Below, in pieces: positions 26,335-40,276 of a stretch of DNA of 64,000 bases. Each line of letters begins with the position of its first letter. Position 1 is the first letter of the stretch. The stretch covers positions 38,068,001 to 38,132,000 of the forward strand of contig NW_025964334.1 of assembly GCF_023055435.1 (NCBI RefSeq). The letters are read 5' to 3'. Under the pieces are notes generated by a model. That model saw only the letters and a program-made list of their open reading frames with translations, was not told the origin of the DNA and searched no databases. A program made the translations under genes and the position numbers. This stretch comes from Haliotis rufescens (taxonomy: Eukaryota).

Positions 26335-26477
26335 GGTGAGGCGAGGTGAGGTGAGGTGGGGTGAGGTGAGGTGAGGTGGGGTGAGGTGAGGTGAGGTGGG
26401 GTGAGGTGAGGTGAGGAGAAATGGGGTTTAACGTCGCGTACAGGATTATCTCGCGTATATACTTATATAGCAACGTG

Positions 26478-26535
<58 letters not shown>

Positions 26536-26770
26536 TACTAGTCCAATTGTATATGCTAAGCCCACTGAGATACCATATGCCGCGGTTTAACATGAATACC
26601 CCACTCCGACACAGTATACTGACTCCGAGCCAACCAGTCCTTGTTTTAGCCCCCTAAATGCCTAGCGCAGGGTAACACCAAGTACCATCTTTTTGGGTGG
26701 AACCTTTTTGTTTTTTTCGTATGACGCGGGGATTGAACCCCGGGCCTTCCGGACACTCTACCACTAGGCC
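26335..26770 (-). mobile_element. SINE family C with expanded (GT)n and (GAGGT)n
   Basis: Same core; internal and tail microsatellites expanded. Confidence 0.82.
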
Positions 26771-29032
26771 CCAGGGGCGGCCACCCACTGACGAGACCCT
26801 GCTGATATGCTCACGCACATAGCAGCGCGAATCGTTGCGATCCGGATAGAATCGGTCTTCAGCAGCCCCTTCTTGTCGAAAGAGACGACTATAGCGGGAT
26901 CGGGTGGTCAAGGCTAGGTCGATGGTTGATGCATGTCTTCGTATCCCAAAAGCGTAGATCGCTGCTCAAGATGTCAATCACTGGATTGTCTGACCTAGAC
27001 TCGTTTATTTACAGACATCATATAGCTGGAATATTGTTAAACAACAAACAAACAAACAAAAACGAAAAACTTAAGTAGCTGATGAATCGTTACTTATTAT
27101 TGCCAGATCAACTATTAGCAGAACGCCATTCAACGACATTCAATCACGACTTTGATCGTATTTTCACCAGTTTATCCTTTTTTTTACCAGAGAGGTTTTC
27201 AGAAAGAATTTTTTTAAAACCCACAGTAGACAGCTTTGTATATGGTGATCAATCATTACTGTCACGAGGTAGCTGCCCAAGAATGTTATCCAAACACTTT
27301 ACACCTTGTCCTGAATGGTGTGATGGATTCAGCTGCAATGGTGTATGAATGTTTGTTACTTTAAGGGAGCTCAAGATTGTTCAAGGAATCCAAATTGAAT
27401 TACGATATGGCCGCCAGTTAGCCATCAGTGACTTTTTGCAAATACAAAAATATAAAAGCTTAACCGACCAGAGGCCTGCAACACGGTGGGTGAGATGAAC
27501 CTTATGTTGTACCAAGTCTGTGCAAGGCATCCTAATCGAAATTCAAATATGGCTGCTACTGGCCATATTGTAAAATTCACAAAATCGTGATAGCAATCGT
27601 GAGATCAATGAAACTAAAACTTGTTCCCATAAATGACGACACCCTGTTCCCGAGGGTCGAATCTGACGGCACCCGTATTGACAAAGTTCCAATGTTATGA
27701 AAGCTGGTACCCCTGCTGTAGTGGATCTCAACAGACATGTATGTTCCGGGTTCTTTTTGCGATTTTAAAAAAGAATTTACCTTGATTTTACCTGTTTAAC
27801 TAAACATTGAAACTTTTTTATGGCCGTTATTCAACCATTTATCTTTTAATTACTAAATCTAATGATGCTGACTGGTGTAGAATTCAACACGTATGTCCCG
27901 TTTTTATTTACAAAATGTAAAATCTTGACATTGTTTTGACAAAGCATAATTTGGCCCTGTAAACATTTTATCTTCTGCAAGTACCAGTCTGAGGGAGCTG
28001 AACTTTGGTGTGTGTGTTTCACCTTGTGATGACGCCATATTTGGTTCATATATTAAATTCTAGTGTCAGTTCATAGACCTCAGTATTGATGCAAAACCTA
28101 TTTATCTATCATTGCCAACACCAGCTTTTGTCAAGCGTCTGTCTTTGTTGACATTCAAATCTGTTTGCTACATATCCAGGTGAGCTACAGTGCCGAGGCA
28201 CTATTTTTATGTCTAGGCGTCTCACGAACACTAACTTGCCTGGGAAATTATTTTGCTGAGTTTTTGTGACAAAAACTATCGAGATGTGATAGTAAAAAAA
28301 ATAATCAAACATAGAGAGTGAAATGTCACTACATGTGCTTTAGAAAACAACCTTCTGTTGGGCGAGAGATAAAATAGTGAATCTTGAAGTAAACACCAAG
28401 TACTGCCCTGGAGATGAAGTCTGGTCCATCACCACTACCCCCTCCCTCTGCAGCAGCAAGCAGGATGCTTAGTTCCCGGATGTGGTGTGTCAGATGGGCT
28501 GCTGCGGGTGAAACGACAACAAACATGGAGAAAGTGTGCACCTCGCTGCAGCCGTTAAATCCTCTCAACGTAAACTCATTCCGACGTGGCAATATTTATT
28601 CCTGCATCAAGCAGCGCTGCACACACATGGCCGCAGTTCTCCATCCCCAGCACCTTACTGGATAAAAAACTTGACTTATGTTGTATCAAAGTGTATCAAC
28701 AACAAGTTTGTATTTGCAAAGCATATAAAGGAGCTTTTGAAGAACTTGTATTAAATGGTGTCTAACTGATTGTGAAAGGACCTTTCATCTTAAAACATTT
28801 ATCTTTGTTTTTACACATTTCAGTAAACTTTAAGTGTGTTTGTCCCTGTAGGAGCGGTTTTAATAGACATAGCAAAACACGACTCTGTTTTTGTGTGTGG
28901 GGGTTGAGTGCGCTGTTTATTTCACAAGTTTAATGATATCCATAAATAAGTTCAAGAAGGAAAATTCGGCGTTTCAAATTGAAGTCCAGGTTTGTGAGTT
29001 ACGTTTGTACTTATTTCATGATATGGGGAATA

Positions 29033-29263
29033 CACTGTCGGGCAAAAGAAAGTATGCACTTTAAACTTGGATAAGACTAAACAATTACAAACGTTATCAA
29101 AACGCGAAGGCTGAAAACAATCGCCGAAACACCGCCAACTTTAGGTTCCTAACACAACTATGATACGCATATGAAATACATCAACATCGAATAACCATTT
29201 CTTGTTTGTTTCACTTTTAGCCACAATCAAACATAGGTGTATTCTTTCTTTTGCCCGGCAGTA
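29033..29263. mobile_element. Tc1/mariner-type MITE (family E)
   Basis: TIR cactg(t/c)cgggcaaaagaaag with TA flanks; partial copies at ~10255-10451, 17250-17335, 35208-35375, 41625-41831, 47950-48118, 51170-51329. Confidence 0.8.
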
Positions 29264-29454
29264 TATTACCTCTGTTACTGTGATGTTATGCATAATTTTG
29301 CATAATTATAAAGCAGTTGCACATTGACTATCGGCTGAACACAGATTCCAAATATAGGCCTCTGCACATGATAGGTCGCAGCTCAAATACAGCCTGAAAC
29401 CAGTCTGAGATTGGCTTTATTTCAGCAGATACTGATGGGCCACTTGCTACTCTA

Positions 29455-29752
29455 TAGAGAGGTGAGGAGAAATGCGGTTTAACGTCGCGTTCAAGATTAT
29501 GGCACTTATATTGCTAGATTTTATAGTTCTAGCCCACTGAGATACCATGCCGCAGTTTAACATGAATACCCCACTCAGACACAGTATACTGTCTCCGAGC
29601 CGACCAGTCCTTGTTATAACATCTTAATACCGATCGCTCGGTAGGGTAAGTACCATCTTTTAACGTCTTTTGGTATGACGCGCCCGGGGATCGAACCCAC
29701 AACCTTCTGCTCTCTAAGCAGAGGCTCTATCCACTAGACCACGGAGGCGGTC
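29455..29752 (-). mobile_element. SINE family C
   Basis: TSD gctactcta (29446-29454 and 29753-29761). Confidence 0.88.
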
Positions 29753-31529
29753 GCTACTCTAGAAATCGTGAAGTCTTTTAGAATAACCTTTTGGTACAGA
29801 AATAAAGTAATTTTATTTTAAACTATATACACCTACAAAATCCAAAATAAAATCCAAATGAAGCCCAGAACTTAATTTTGCCAAATCATTCTAGACTTGC
29901 ATTGGATTCCATTTTAAATTTATTCTCCGGGGTCAGGGAAGGACCAGACGTCTCTGTAATGAACGAAATATCAGTGTTCGGAGCTAGGAAATGAGTGCTC
30001 AAAGCACTTAGGTTTTCGGTGGCGTGGATCAGTACTGTATTAAGAGATATCTCAAGCGGACCTTTGGCTATCAACATAGCAACAGCTTATACCCATGATG
30101 AGAATCGAACCGGTTCTTCGGCATGAAGAACCACCGCTTTAACCACAATGCTAGCTGTCTAAACTATAAATGTGATGTAGATTACATCTTATTTCATTTG
30201 CGTCATGGGCACATCGCGTAATCAAAATGTATAAACACAATGTAAATAAACGGAGCAATCAGTACCCGTGGATCAATAATATTTAGACTACTTCAAAGAA
30301 GGTACGCATGCCCTGCCCAGAGCTCGTGGGGGTCCACGTCCCCGTGGGTCTGTACGGGCAGACAGTAACACTGCTGATAGCTGTAAAACACACGGACCAA
30401 CCTCCATTGCAATTTGGAAATTCAAGTATCTTATAGGCGTGTTAAGTACGAAGTAGGATTTCAAAAAGGGTGGTACGTCTTAAATAGCCTTGATCCAAGT
30501 CTGTACTGATTGATAAGTCCATGGATGTACAGTAATTCTATCCTTATAAGTGGCAAGTTCAGATAAGCGGACAGTATAGGATGCCAGTCTTTTAAAGGGA
30601 CATTTTGTTCATTGTATTTATATAATCTAGGAATTATGACTTAAATTATACAACGTTGCCTTGGAGGATTTGCAAGTCTACGCCTTGAGGTGTATTGTCC
30701 TGCGTTCTTTGAAAGGTGGATTTAGTTTGTGTTCATTGTTGGTTGGTGTATTTCCGTTTTTGTTAATAGGCTGTGACTGTGTTTGGGACGCTGGTAGATT
30801 TATCTTAACGGACAGTTCAACAGGTAGGTTGCAGCCCCGTCTGGGCCTCATCCCAGTGGAGACGTGTGAAGAATGTTCCACTTGAACCTAGACATTGTAT
30901 CTGTTCAGGCTAATCATTAACTGTTGACGAGTCTACTTCATATGAGACAAACAAAGTGGTGTTTGAAGGACTTGAACAAAGTTGGTGGAAGTCCCCTTTT
31001 AACACTTTGTAAACGTAGGTTTATTTCGTGTGGCTGCTTTTCATCGTTGTCGCCATATTCAGTAGCTGCAGCAGAGACCATATGGTCTGTGGTTGCAGTA
31101 TTGTTTTTTAAAAGTTTCGTCATGTTATCGTCGCTATATGGCTGAAAAAAGGTGACTCACTCACTCACTCGTCATTTCAAATCATGATACCATAGTTACA
31201 TCCTGTATGTGCATTTGTTACTGATGCCACACCATGGCATACCCAGTCATATCATATAGTATACATACTTCACACGATGTGTCAGTATCCCCAACATTCA
31301 TCACACACAAAATCTTCATCCGAAGACAACGTGCACAACCCTATCCATGAAAAACACAAACTAAAAGCGACGAAACCCTTTCCACATGCATAAGAAATCT
31401 CTGGTCAAAGCAGAATCCATTGTACGATGCCGACTATATCATTATCGTGTCATCGTGAATCACGATCAATTAGTGACGATACCAGGTGTTCCCACGAAAA
31501 ATGTATTCCAAACGTTATTCACCCATTGG

Positions 31530-32060
31530 GCCAGTATCCCCAACATTTGTCACATCATGTGCCAGTATCAGACAAATAGACACACAATGTGCCAATACCA
31601 GACAAATAGTCACACAATGTGCCAATACCAGACAAATAGTCACACAATGTGCCAGTATCAGACAAATAGTCACACAATGTGCCAATACCAGACAAATAGT
31701 CACACAATGTCCCAATACCAGACAAATAGTCACACAATGTGCCAGTATCAGACAAATGGTCACACAATGTGCCAGTATCGCCAACATTCGTCACACAATG
31801 TGCCAGTATCACTGACATTCGTCACACAATGTGCCAATACCAGACAAATAGTCACACAACGTGCCAGTATCAGACAAATGGTCACACGATGTGCCAGTAT
31901 CGCCAACATTCGTCACACAATGTGCCAGTATCAGACAAATAGCCACACAATGTGCCAGTATCAGACAAATAGTCACACAATGTGCCAGTATCACCAACAT
32001 TCGTCACACAATGTGCCAGTATCAGACAAATAGTCACAAAATGTACCAGTATAACCGACA
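31530..32060. repeat. 30/31-bp minisatellite (gtcacacaatgtgccagtatcagacaaata), ~17 units
   Basis: Direct tandem periodicity; source of the spurious TMCQYQTNSH ORFs. Confidence 0.95.
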
Positions 32061-32639
32061 TTAATCGCACAATACATTAATCCGAAGACAACGTACATAT
32101 GAAAGGCATGAATACGAAAAAAGAGCAAAGCATGACGAGGCTCGCGTGTCATGGTCTTAGACTGTAGTATTACACACGTCTCCCTACAATTGCCTGCGTT
32201 CCAGTCACTGCGGGTGAAGTCACCCAAGTGCTTTCACTAACTCAGACTGGCGCTCACATGATACAACTACCCGCCATAGATTCCAGCAGTATGTCGTGTA
32301 ATTAACAGATGCTGACAAAGACAGACATCACCAATCATACACATAAACACGTAATGCATCCTATATAACCCGATGACTTGACATGCTGCGTGCAGATTCA
32401 TCTGCAATCTTCAGAGGACGTCGTGCGTGCTCAGGTCATGGAGGTCAGAGGGAAAAGTACCGTTATGAGAGGCATGTTTATTTCAGTACCATAGTTCAAA
32501 CGGTAAACAGATGGGGCTGATCCCAAAGGAACTGTGGTTGTTCCAGGAATGTGATCATAGGGTATAAAAATACTGGACTCGCGGATCCTAAAGCTGCTTT
32601 TAGGTTATATTCAGCTTATTTCCCCAAGGGAACTCCCAC

Positions 32640-34670
32640 GCCATCAACTACAGTCAGCGCTTTTCCAATGGTGAACTGCAGCATCATCGTCTGTTGTCAG
32701 CTTATTTCCCGTAGTGACCTGCAACATCATCGACTATAGTCAGCACTTTCCCTCTAGTGATCTGCAGCACCATCGACTATAGTCAGAACTTTCCCCCTCG
32801 TGACCTGCAACATCATCGACTATAGTCAGCGCTTTCCCTCTAGTGATCTGCAGCATCATCGACTATAGTCAGCACTTTCCCCCTCGTGACCTGCAACATC
32901 ATCGACTATAGTCAGCACTTTCCGCCTCGTGACCTGCATCACCATCGACTATAGTCAGCACTTTCCCCTCGTGACCTGCAACATCATCGACTATAGTCAG
33001 CGCTTTCCCTCTCGTGACCTGCAGCACCATCGACTACAGTCAGCACTTTCCCCCTAGTGACATGCAGCACCATCGACTACAGTCAGAACTTTCCCCCTAG
33101 TGACCTGCAGCACCATCGACTACAGTCAGCACTTTCCCTTCGTGACCTGCAGCACCATCGACTATAGTCAGCACTTTCCCCCTAGTGACCTGCAGCACCA
33201 TCGACTACAGTCAGCACTTTCCCCCTCGTGACCTGCAGCACCATCGACTACAGTCAGCACTTTCCCCCTCGTGACCTGCAGCACCATCGACTACAGTCAG
33301 CGCTTTCCCTCTAGTGACCTGCAGCACCATCGACTACAGTCAGCACTTTCCCCCTAGTGACCTGCAGCACCATCGACTATAGTCATCGCTTTTCCCCTAG
33401 TGACCTGCAGCACCAGCGACTACAGTCAGCACTTTCCCCCTAGTGACCTGCAGCACCATCGACTATAGTCAGCACTTTCCCCCTCGTGACCTGCAGCACC
33501 ATCGACTACAGTCAGCACTTTCCCCCTAGTGACCTGCAGCACCATCGACTACAGTCAGCACTTTCCCCCTCGTGACCTGCAGCACCATCGACTACAGTCA
33601 GCACTTTCCCCCTCGTGACCTGCAGCACCATCGACTACAGTCAGCACTTTCCCCCTCGTGACCTGCAGCACCATCGACTACAGTCAGCACTTTCCCTCTA
33701 GTGACCTGCAGCACCATCGACTACAGTCAGCACTTTCCCCCTAGTGACCTGCAGCACCATCGACTACAGTCAGCACTTTCCCCCTAGTGACCTGCAGCAC
33801 CATCGACTATAGTCATCGCTTTTCCCCTAGTGACCTGCAGCACCAGCGACTACAGTCAGCACTTTCCCCCTAGTGACCTGCAGCACCATCGACTATAGTC
33901 AGCACTTTCCCCCTCGTGACCTGCAGCACCATCGACTACAGTCAGCACTTTCCCCCTCGTGACCTGCAGCACCATCGACTACAGTCAGCACTTTCCCCCT
34001 CGTGACCTGCAGCACCATCGACTACAGTCAGCACTTTCCCCCTCGTGACCTGCAGCACCATCGACTACAGTCAGCACTTTCCCCCTCGTGACCTGCAGCA
34101 CCATCGACTACAGTCAGCACTTTCCCCCTCGTGACCTGCAGCACCATCGACTACAGTCAGCACTTTCCCCCTCGTGACCTGCAGCACCATCGACTACAGT
34201 CAGCACTTTCCCCCTCGTGACCTGCAGCACCATCGACTACAGCCAGCACTTTCCCCCTAGTGACCTGCAGCACCATCGACTACAGTCAGCACTTTCCCCC
34301 TCGTGACCTGCAGCACCATCGACTACAGTCAGCACTTTCCCCCTCGTGACCTGCAGCACCATCGACTACAGTCAGCACTTTCCCCCTCGTGACCTGCAGC
34401 ACCATCGACTACAGTCAGCACTTTCCCCCTCGTGACCTGCAGCACCATCGACTACAGTCAGCACTTTCCCCCTCGTGACCTGCAGCACCATCGACTACAG
34501 TCAGCACTTTCCCCCTCGTGACCTGCAGCACCATCGACTACAGTCAGCACTTTCCCCCTCGTGACCTGCAGCACCATCGACTACAGTCAGCACTTTCCCC
34601 CTCGTGACCTGCAGCACCATCGACTACAGTCAGCACTTTCCCCCTCGTGACCTGCAGCACCATCGGTTAT
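32640..34670. repeat. 43-bp minisatellite (gtgacctgcagcaccatcgactacagtcagcactttccccctc), ~46-47 units
   Basis: Head-to-tail units with no spacers. Confidence 0.97.
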
Positions 34671-37600
34671 GTTCAGTTCATTTCCCATCGCCATCTGCTA
34701 CATTCAGCACTTGTCCCATGGGGAGCTGGAGCATCCAATGCCGTGGGTCAGGCTCCGTTCCCCCAGCTGTGTCGGTGCACCATGTATACCTGCACACACG
34801 CACAAAGGTACCACTGTATGCCCTGCAGGTGCTTTCTTTGCAACCTTTATTGTCGAATTAATTGCCTCAACAATTGCTTTGCTGTAATCGATCGGGACTG
34901 AGTAAAAATATATCCTTAAGAGTCGTGATATGTATTTCATGGGAGGGCTTGAGTTCGTGGTAGGTTGACTTAATCTGTAACTTCAACCTATGGAAACGTT
35001 TACCTTAAACTCATATCTAAGGAGTGTTGGGGGTAGTCCAGACGCGCAAGTGTTTGCTCGTTCCGTCGTAGACCTGGGTTCGATTCCTTATGTATGAAGT
35101 CTGAAATTATGACCAGTTGTAGAAAAAACATGATTGTATTCTGTGTTTGGTATAATAGTTACGTCGTTTGCCCGATCTGGTACCAATCAGTGTGGGCCTA
35201 GATTATACAGTGCCGGGCAAAAGAAAGTATACACTTGAAAATTGGATTTAAACAAAACATTACAAAAGTTATCAAAACGTTACAAGGCTGAAAACAGTCG
35301 CCGAAACACTGCAAAGGTGCGGTCCTAAACACAACTATGATACTCGTATCAAATACATCCCCGTTAAAAAACCATTACCATCCATTCGTTGCGATTTTGA
35401 TTTAAATCATAATCATTCAGTTTTCAGAGGAATGTATGCTTGTTTGAATGGCCTGACCCCGTTCATCAAGGCGATATTGATGCTAAGACTGTTGCAGTCC
35501 ATACCCTAACACAGACTTACAACACTCTTAGCGCTGGTGTCACTTTGTGGAACTGATTGCTCTGGACTAATATTTATCAAAGTAGAATGACGATATCTAA
35601 CACTGGATAATCGAGAAAGAGACTTTTGGTTCCTTGTCTTCAAACAATCCCAATTTATTGAACATCTGATACGGGTACGCCGGGTGGCCATCTTGTTTAC
35701 AGAGTCGTGTGTTACAGCGTGGTTGGCTTTTGTACCGTGCACGTTCCATAAACGGCGTTAACGTGACCCCATTAGACCTTTGAACCCCGTGAACTCCGGC
35801 CATCGACGCCACTTGACGTGAGAAGGTGCGGCAGGGAGGGTGGGTGATTCGCTCGGTATGTTTTTGGTGTACTACCCTGTAAGGATTCCGGGGGCAGATA
35901 CGTCTCCAGTACACTATGCTTTCGTAGTATGAGGAATGAGTAGTTACAGTGTGAGATATAGCTGATTGTAGGTCTTCCTATAGAGACACCAACTCGGCGT
36001 CGATACAAGTTCTTAATTTTGTTTGTTTGTTATTTAACGCCATAATAAGCAATATTCAATCTGTATGAACGCCGGTCTGTGAATATTCGAGTACGGACCA
36101 GACAATCCAGTGATTGACGTTATGAGCATCCAATTCACCGAGTTGCGTCCCTTATGCGTGCCATTAACCAGTGGTTGTGGTTCGAATCCAAGATTCGCCC
36201 CGATTATGTTTCCAGATATGTCAAATTATCTGATGATTTATAACAGCTTTAACACGCCCCATGATGTTCATGCGTTCAAGAACTGCATACTAGCGCAATA
36301 CAACTCAACTGTTATTGCAAACAAAAACAACAAGAAGAAATCACTACATGAACAATAACGTGACGTGTAAGGATGCATGGATTATTAGGCCCTCTTGCAC
36401 AATCGTATCGCAGCTGTTAAAGTATGAGGAATAGCTGTCGTAGCGCTACTACTTCTATCGCTTTGTGCACATGGGCCTATATAGATGTATGAAGGCTTAT
36501 TTTTCAATTATGTCCAACGCTGATCAAACACGAGTGTCTTCATAATTAACGTCGACACGCCGGTCACAGCGTAAGACACATCTTCAGCCACCATGCTAAA
36601 ATCGGCGCCGTGTTTGAAACTGACCATTATTGACCGATATTAAGACCTGTCAATTATGAAATTGATCCGTCCGTCCGAGAAACGACAAACCTGAACAGCA
36701 GAACACCGAACGTCACGACCAGCACACACACACGGCCAATTATGGCCCAGGGGCTAATATTTGAGGGTGGGGCCCGATTCTGAAAGGCCATGGAGATAGA
36801 CGGTCCCATTATGAAATTTGACACACATAACAATTGGATTCCGTTTATCATTGCGAATAACCCACCTGACCTCTAAACGACATAAGTTCAGCTGATGCGT
36901 ATTTTTGGTAAATGAGGCGAATATGGTTCCCCTCTCAGCTCCTATGGGTCTGTTGTGACGCTAGTCCTGGTGGATTATTACAGAGTGCTATCATTCCGTG
37001 GCTCTTGTTCCACAAAGCTATCTAAGCGGCACGACCGGTGACTCAGACTTAAAGGTGTGAGGTCAGATTCCGAATACTTCAAACACACGCGCACGATACG
37101 TACTTATATGTTCAACCCAAATCTGATACTTCTAAAATGCAGCTTTCTGAATCTGGAAATAACATCCATGTTTTTTTCAATACATTTCGTTTGCGTATTT
37201 AATATCAAATATTATCACTGACTTTATCAGTCAGAAAACAATCGAGGCGAGATCCTGCTCGATGTGAACGGTTCCATTCTTTCATTGCCTCAACGTCGAA
37301 ACTCTACTGTGCAATGTTGATTCTCACGAGCTATACTGAAATATTGCCAAGCGCAACATTATTTTACTTTTATGACGTCTTCAGCTTAATGAGTGTTGTA
37401 TGCCACCGTCAATATTTCAGGAGTTTGACGACTGCGGCGACGGCTTATAAAAAATCAATCTGAAAATGAACCACCAGTGGTTGACATCAAGAGCATCAAT
37501 TTCGCGCCATTGTCAGCCAGTTCACACATCGTAGCCACCCCTTTTAAAATCGTTCCATACCAGCACGAGATGCTAGGGGCCCCTCCTGTGCCTCCGTTTC

Positions 37601-38257
37601 GTTACACGACAGCTGTTGTAGATACATCACAGGCAGTTGCAATGCATATTCCGCCAACGTACTCAGGCGCGGACCTCGGAGAAGACACCCAGACTCACTT
37701 CCGTGTTTTATTAATCCCTTTGATGTTCTCCGCCTGTTGTACATATCACCATGCGGCGGAACATGGACATATAATTGTCTTTATCCACAATAGCTGACAT
37801 TTCTTTGATGCCCCTTCTTTAAATATTTTTCTGTGTAGAAAATTAGCCACATTGTCAGCGGGATACCAAACGATAGTTAAAACATGAATCACAGTGGCCT
37901 GTGTTTGGTTTTCAGGCGTGCGTACAGTAGCTGTCGAGGACGTATGTACACAAACTAAAGCTTGCTGTTTTAGTCTTTCGATGCAAGGGTGTCTGCCTAG
38001 GTTCCATATCCCACATATCCCACATGGGTACAATGTGTGAAACCCTCTCGCGGTGCCCCCAGCCCACTCACTGCAGACAAAATACGCCTTTTTGACAGTT
38101 ACGGTTGTTCATCAGGCGAAGGTTCTGCTAGAAAGGTGTTTTTTTTGGTTGTGTATCATATTCCCCAGGGAGCTGAGAATGGACATTAAGTGCACACTGA
38201 TCCATTGACTAATAATGCCAGCGTTAGAGCATGCTTATTGGTGGATTTGGAACTCCA

Positions 38258-38259
<2 letters not shown>

Positions 38260-38296
<37 letters not shown>

Positions 38297-38299
38297 TAC

Positions 38300-38340
<41 letters not shown>

Positions 38341-38341
38341 T
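38260..38341. repeat. Compound microsatellite (ATT)n(AGT)n
   Basis: Visible directly; others include (TAG)n at 451-495, (ATC)n at 6570-6613 and 7005-7078, (GT)n at 45894-45941. Confidence 0.95.
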
Positions 38342-39861
38342 AACAAAACACATAAGAAACAGAGCCACTGCTCATAGGAACCTGTCTACAGATCAATGCG
38401 GCTTCCACATGAAAACAGTAACAGAAGCAAGTACAAGTAAACTATTCATAAGAAAACGAGTTTTTGGTGTTTTCGCACATATTTGTTTGGGTTTTTTTAA
38501 TCATGAATGTTATGAAGAACAGAAAGCTGACATCGATTCCATCATTTCTGACCTTGAGTTTCTTAAAAAAGGATGAACTCATTGATATACCAGAAGCAAT
38601 AAAAAAGATTTACAAATCTTTTACAAATCTGCTTATAGCTCAGTATGAAATAAGACAAGCGAAACATAAATAATTTTCTCATCTCGGCCCAGACTTTTAC
38701 AGTATTACATGCATGAAACAGATACATAGACATAAGCGCTACAGAAACCCATTTATACAAACTCATGTTAATAAATCTCGCTTTCCATCCTTAACGGCAT
38801 CATCCGGCACACTGAGTACAAAACCATATGTTTATCTACAATACTATTATGCGCTTTACTGCACACCTGACGCCTGTGATAGACAGTCGCGCCGTGGTGC
38901 TGATATCGTGAGAGACAGGTAAATTGTTGATTATGAAAATATTTTGATTTGCTCTTTGCAAGGTAAGCACGTGGATGGTGTAAAGGCTTTACTGTTACCT
39001 CTACTGAGACCTGAAATCTGTACATGCAACTGTCAGATGTGATAACGAGCTAATATATCTTTCTGAGAGTATTTTAAATGTTAATTTGCTATCATAACAT
39101 TAACCGCATTTTCATTAAAATTTAAGAGTAGATGATGTGCTGGTTGGTTGATTACCACATGGTTGTAATTTCCCTGAAACCACATATTACAGATACGGGT
39201 ACTAGCGTGTACGTTAGCTATCTAGGCGGGAAGCTGTGGATGAAACTTGATGTATTGAACAAGGTTAATGTTCACCTTACTCACTCTCAGAATGTAGACT
39301 AAGTCTAGTACATGGATGACAAACACATTAAAACACACAGGTATCTCTCAGACTATCTTCCTATTTATCTTTTGCTTTTTTTATATGTTATGGGGGTGGG
39401 GTATAAGGTTCAGTAGCCAAGTGGTTAATTTGTCAGTTCTCTCGCCGAAGACACTGGTTCGATTCTCGATATGATTACAACGTGAACTATTCCTGTTGCC
39501 CTCCCCGTGATATGGCTGCCATATTGCTAAAACCACGTGAAACCTCACCCACTCAATCACTCACACACTCGATCACACACTCACTCACTCACTCACTCAC
39601 TCACTCACCCATCCATGCTCAAAACATCACACTCCCAAAGTGACCCATTCCATGTGTTGCGTGTCTCAGCGTATTCAGTTGAAACCCGCAAAACCTTGAT
39701 TCGGTTTAGAATTAACACAACCCTCTGCGTCTATTGCTTCACGTTTTATTTTAAGTTCTCATATTACCTTGTGATTGCTGTATTGTAATGCGGTTACCGA
39801 TAGTTCGATGAATCGATACATACCGTGAAAGATAAATCCAGAACATTGCTGAGAACTGGTG

Positions 39862-39983
39862 GGTGAGGTGAGGTGAGGTGAGGTGTGGTGAGGTGAGGTG
39901 AGGTGAGGTGAGGTGAGGTGAGGTGAGGTCAAATGGAGTTCAGCGTCGCGTCCAAGATTATGCACTTATATAGCGACGTTCAT

Positions 39984-40030
<47 letters not shown>

Positions 40031-40276
40031 AGTCCGGACTGCTGCCGATTTATAGTGCTAGCCCACTGAGATACCATGCCACAGTTTAACATGAATACCC
40101 TACTCAGACACAGTGTACTGACTCCGAGCCGACCAGTCCTTGTTTTAGCTCCTTAATGCCGGGCACCAGACAGGGTAACAACAAGTACCATATTTTAGCG
40201 TCTTTTGATATGACGCGACAGGGGATCGAACCCCGGACTTTCAGCTCTCGGGACGGACACTCTACCACTAGACCAT
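39862..40276 (-). mobile_element. SINE family C with expanded microsatellites
   Basis: Same core and tail. Confidence 0.85.

Noticed and set aside
31386-32070. Cys/His repeat ORFs (TMCQYQTNSH)
   Set aside because: Minisatellite is open in many frames on both strands, and 31-bp variants shift the frame
32640-34670. CRISPR-like regular array
   Set aside because: Units are contiguous with no unique spacers, there are no cas genes, and the context is eukaryotic
35506-36008. Overlapping minus-strand ORFs
   Set aside because: No recognisable homology or consistent splice signals
38713-38922. Candidate extra exon ending AG|GTAAAT (RRGADIVRD)
   Set aside because: Phase is incompatible, and the 15283->46054 join already gives a contiguous family-like sequence
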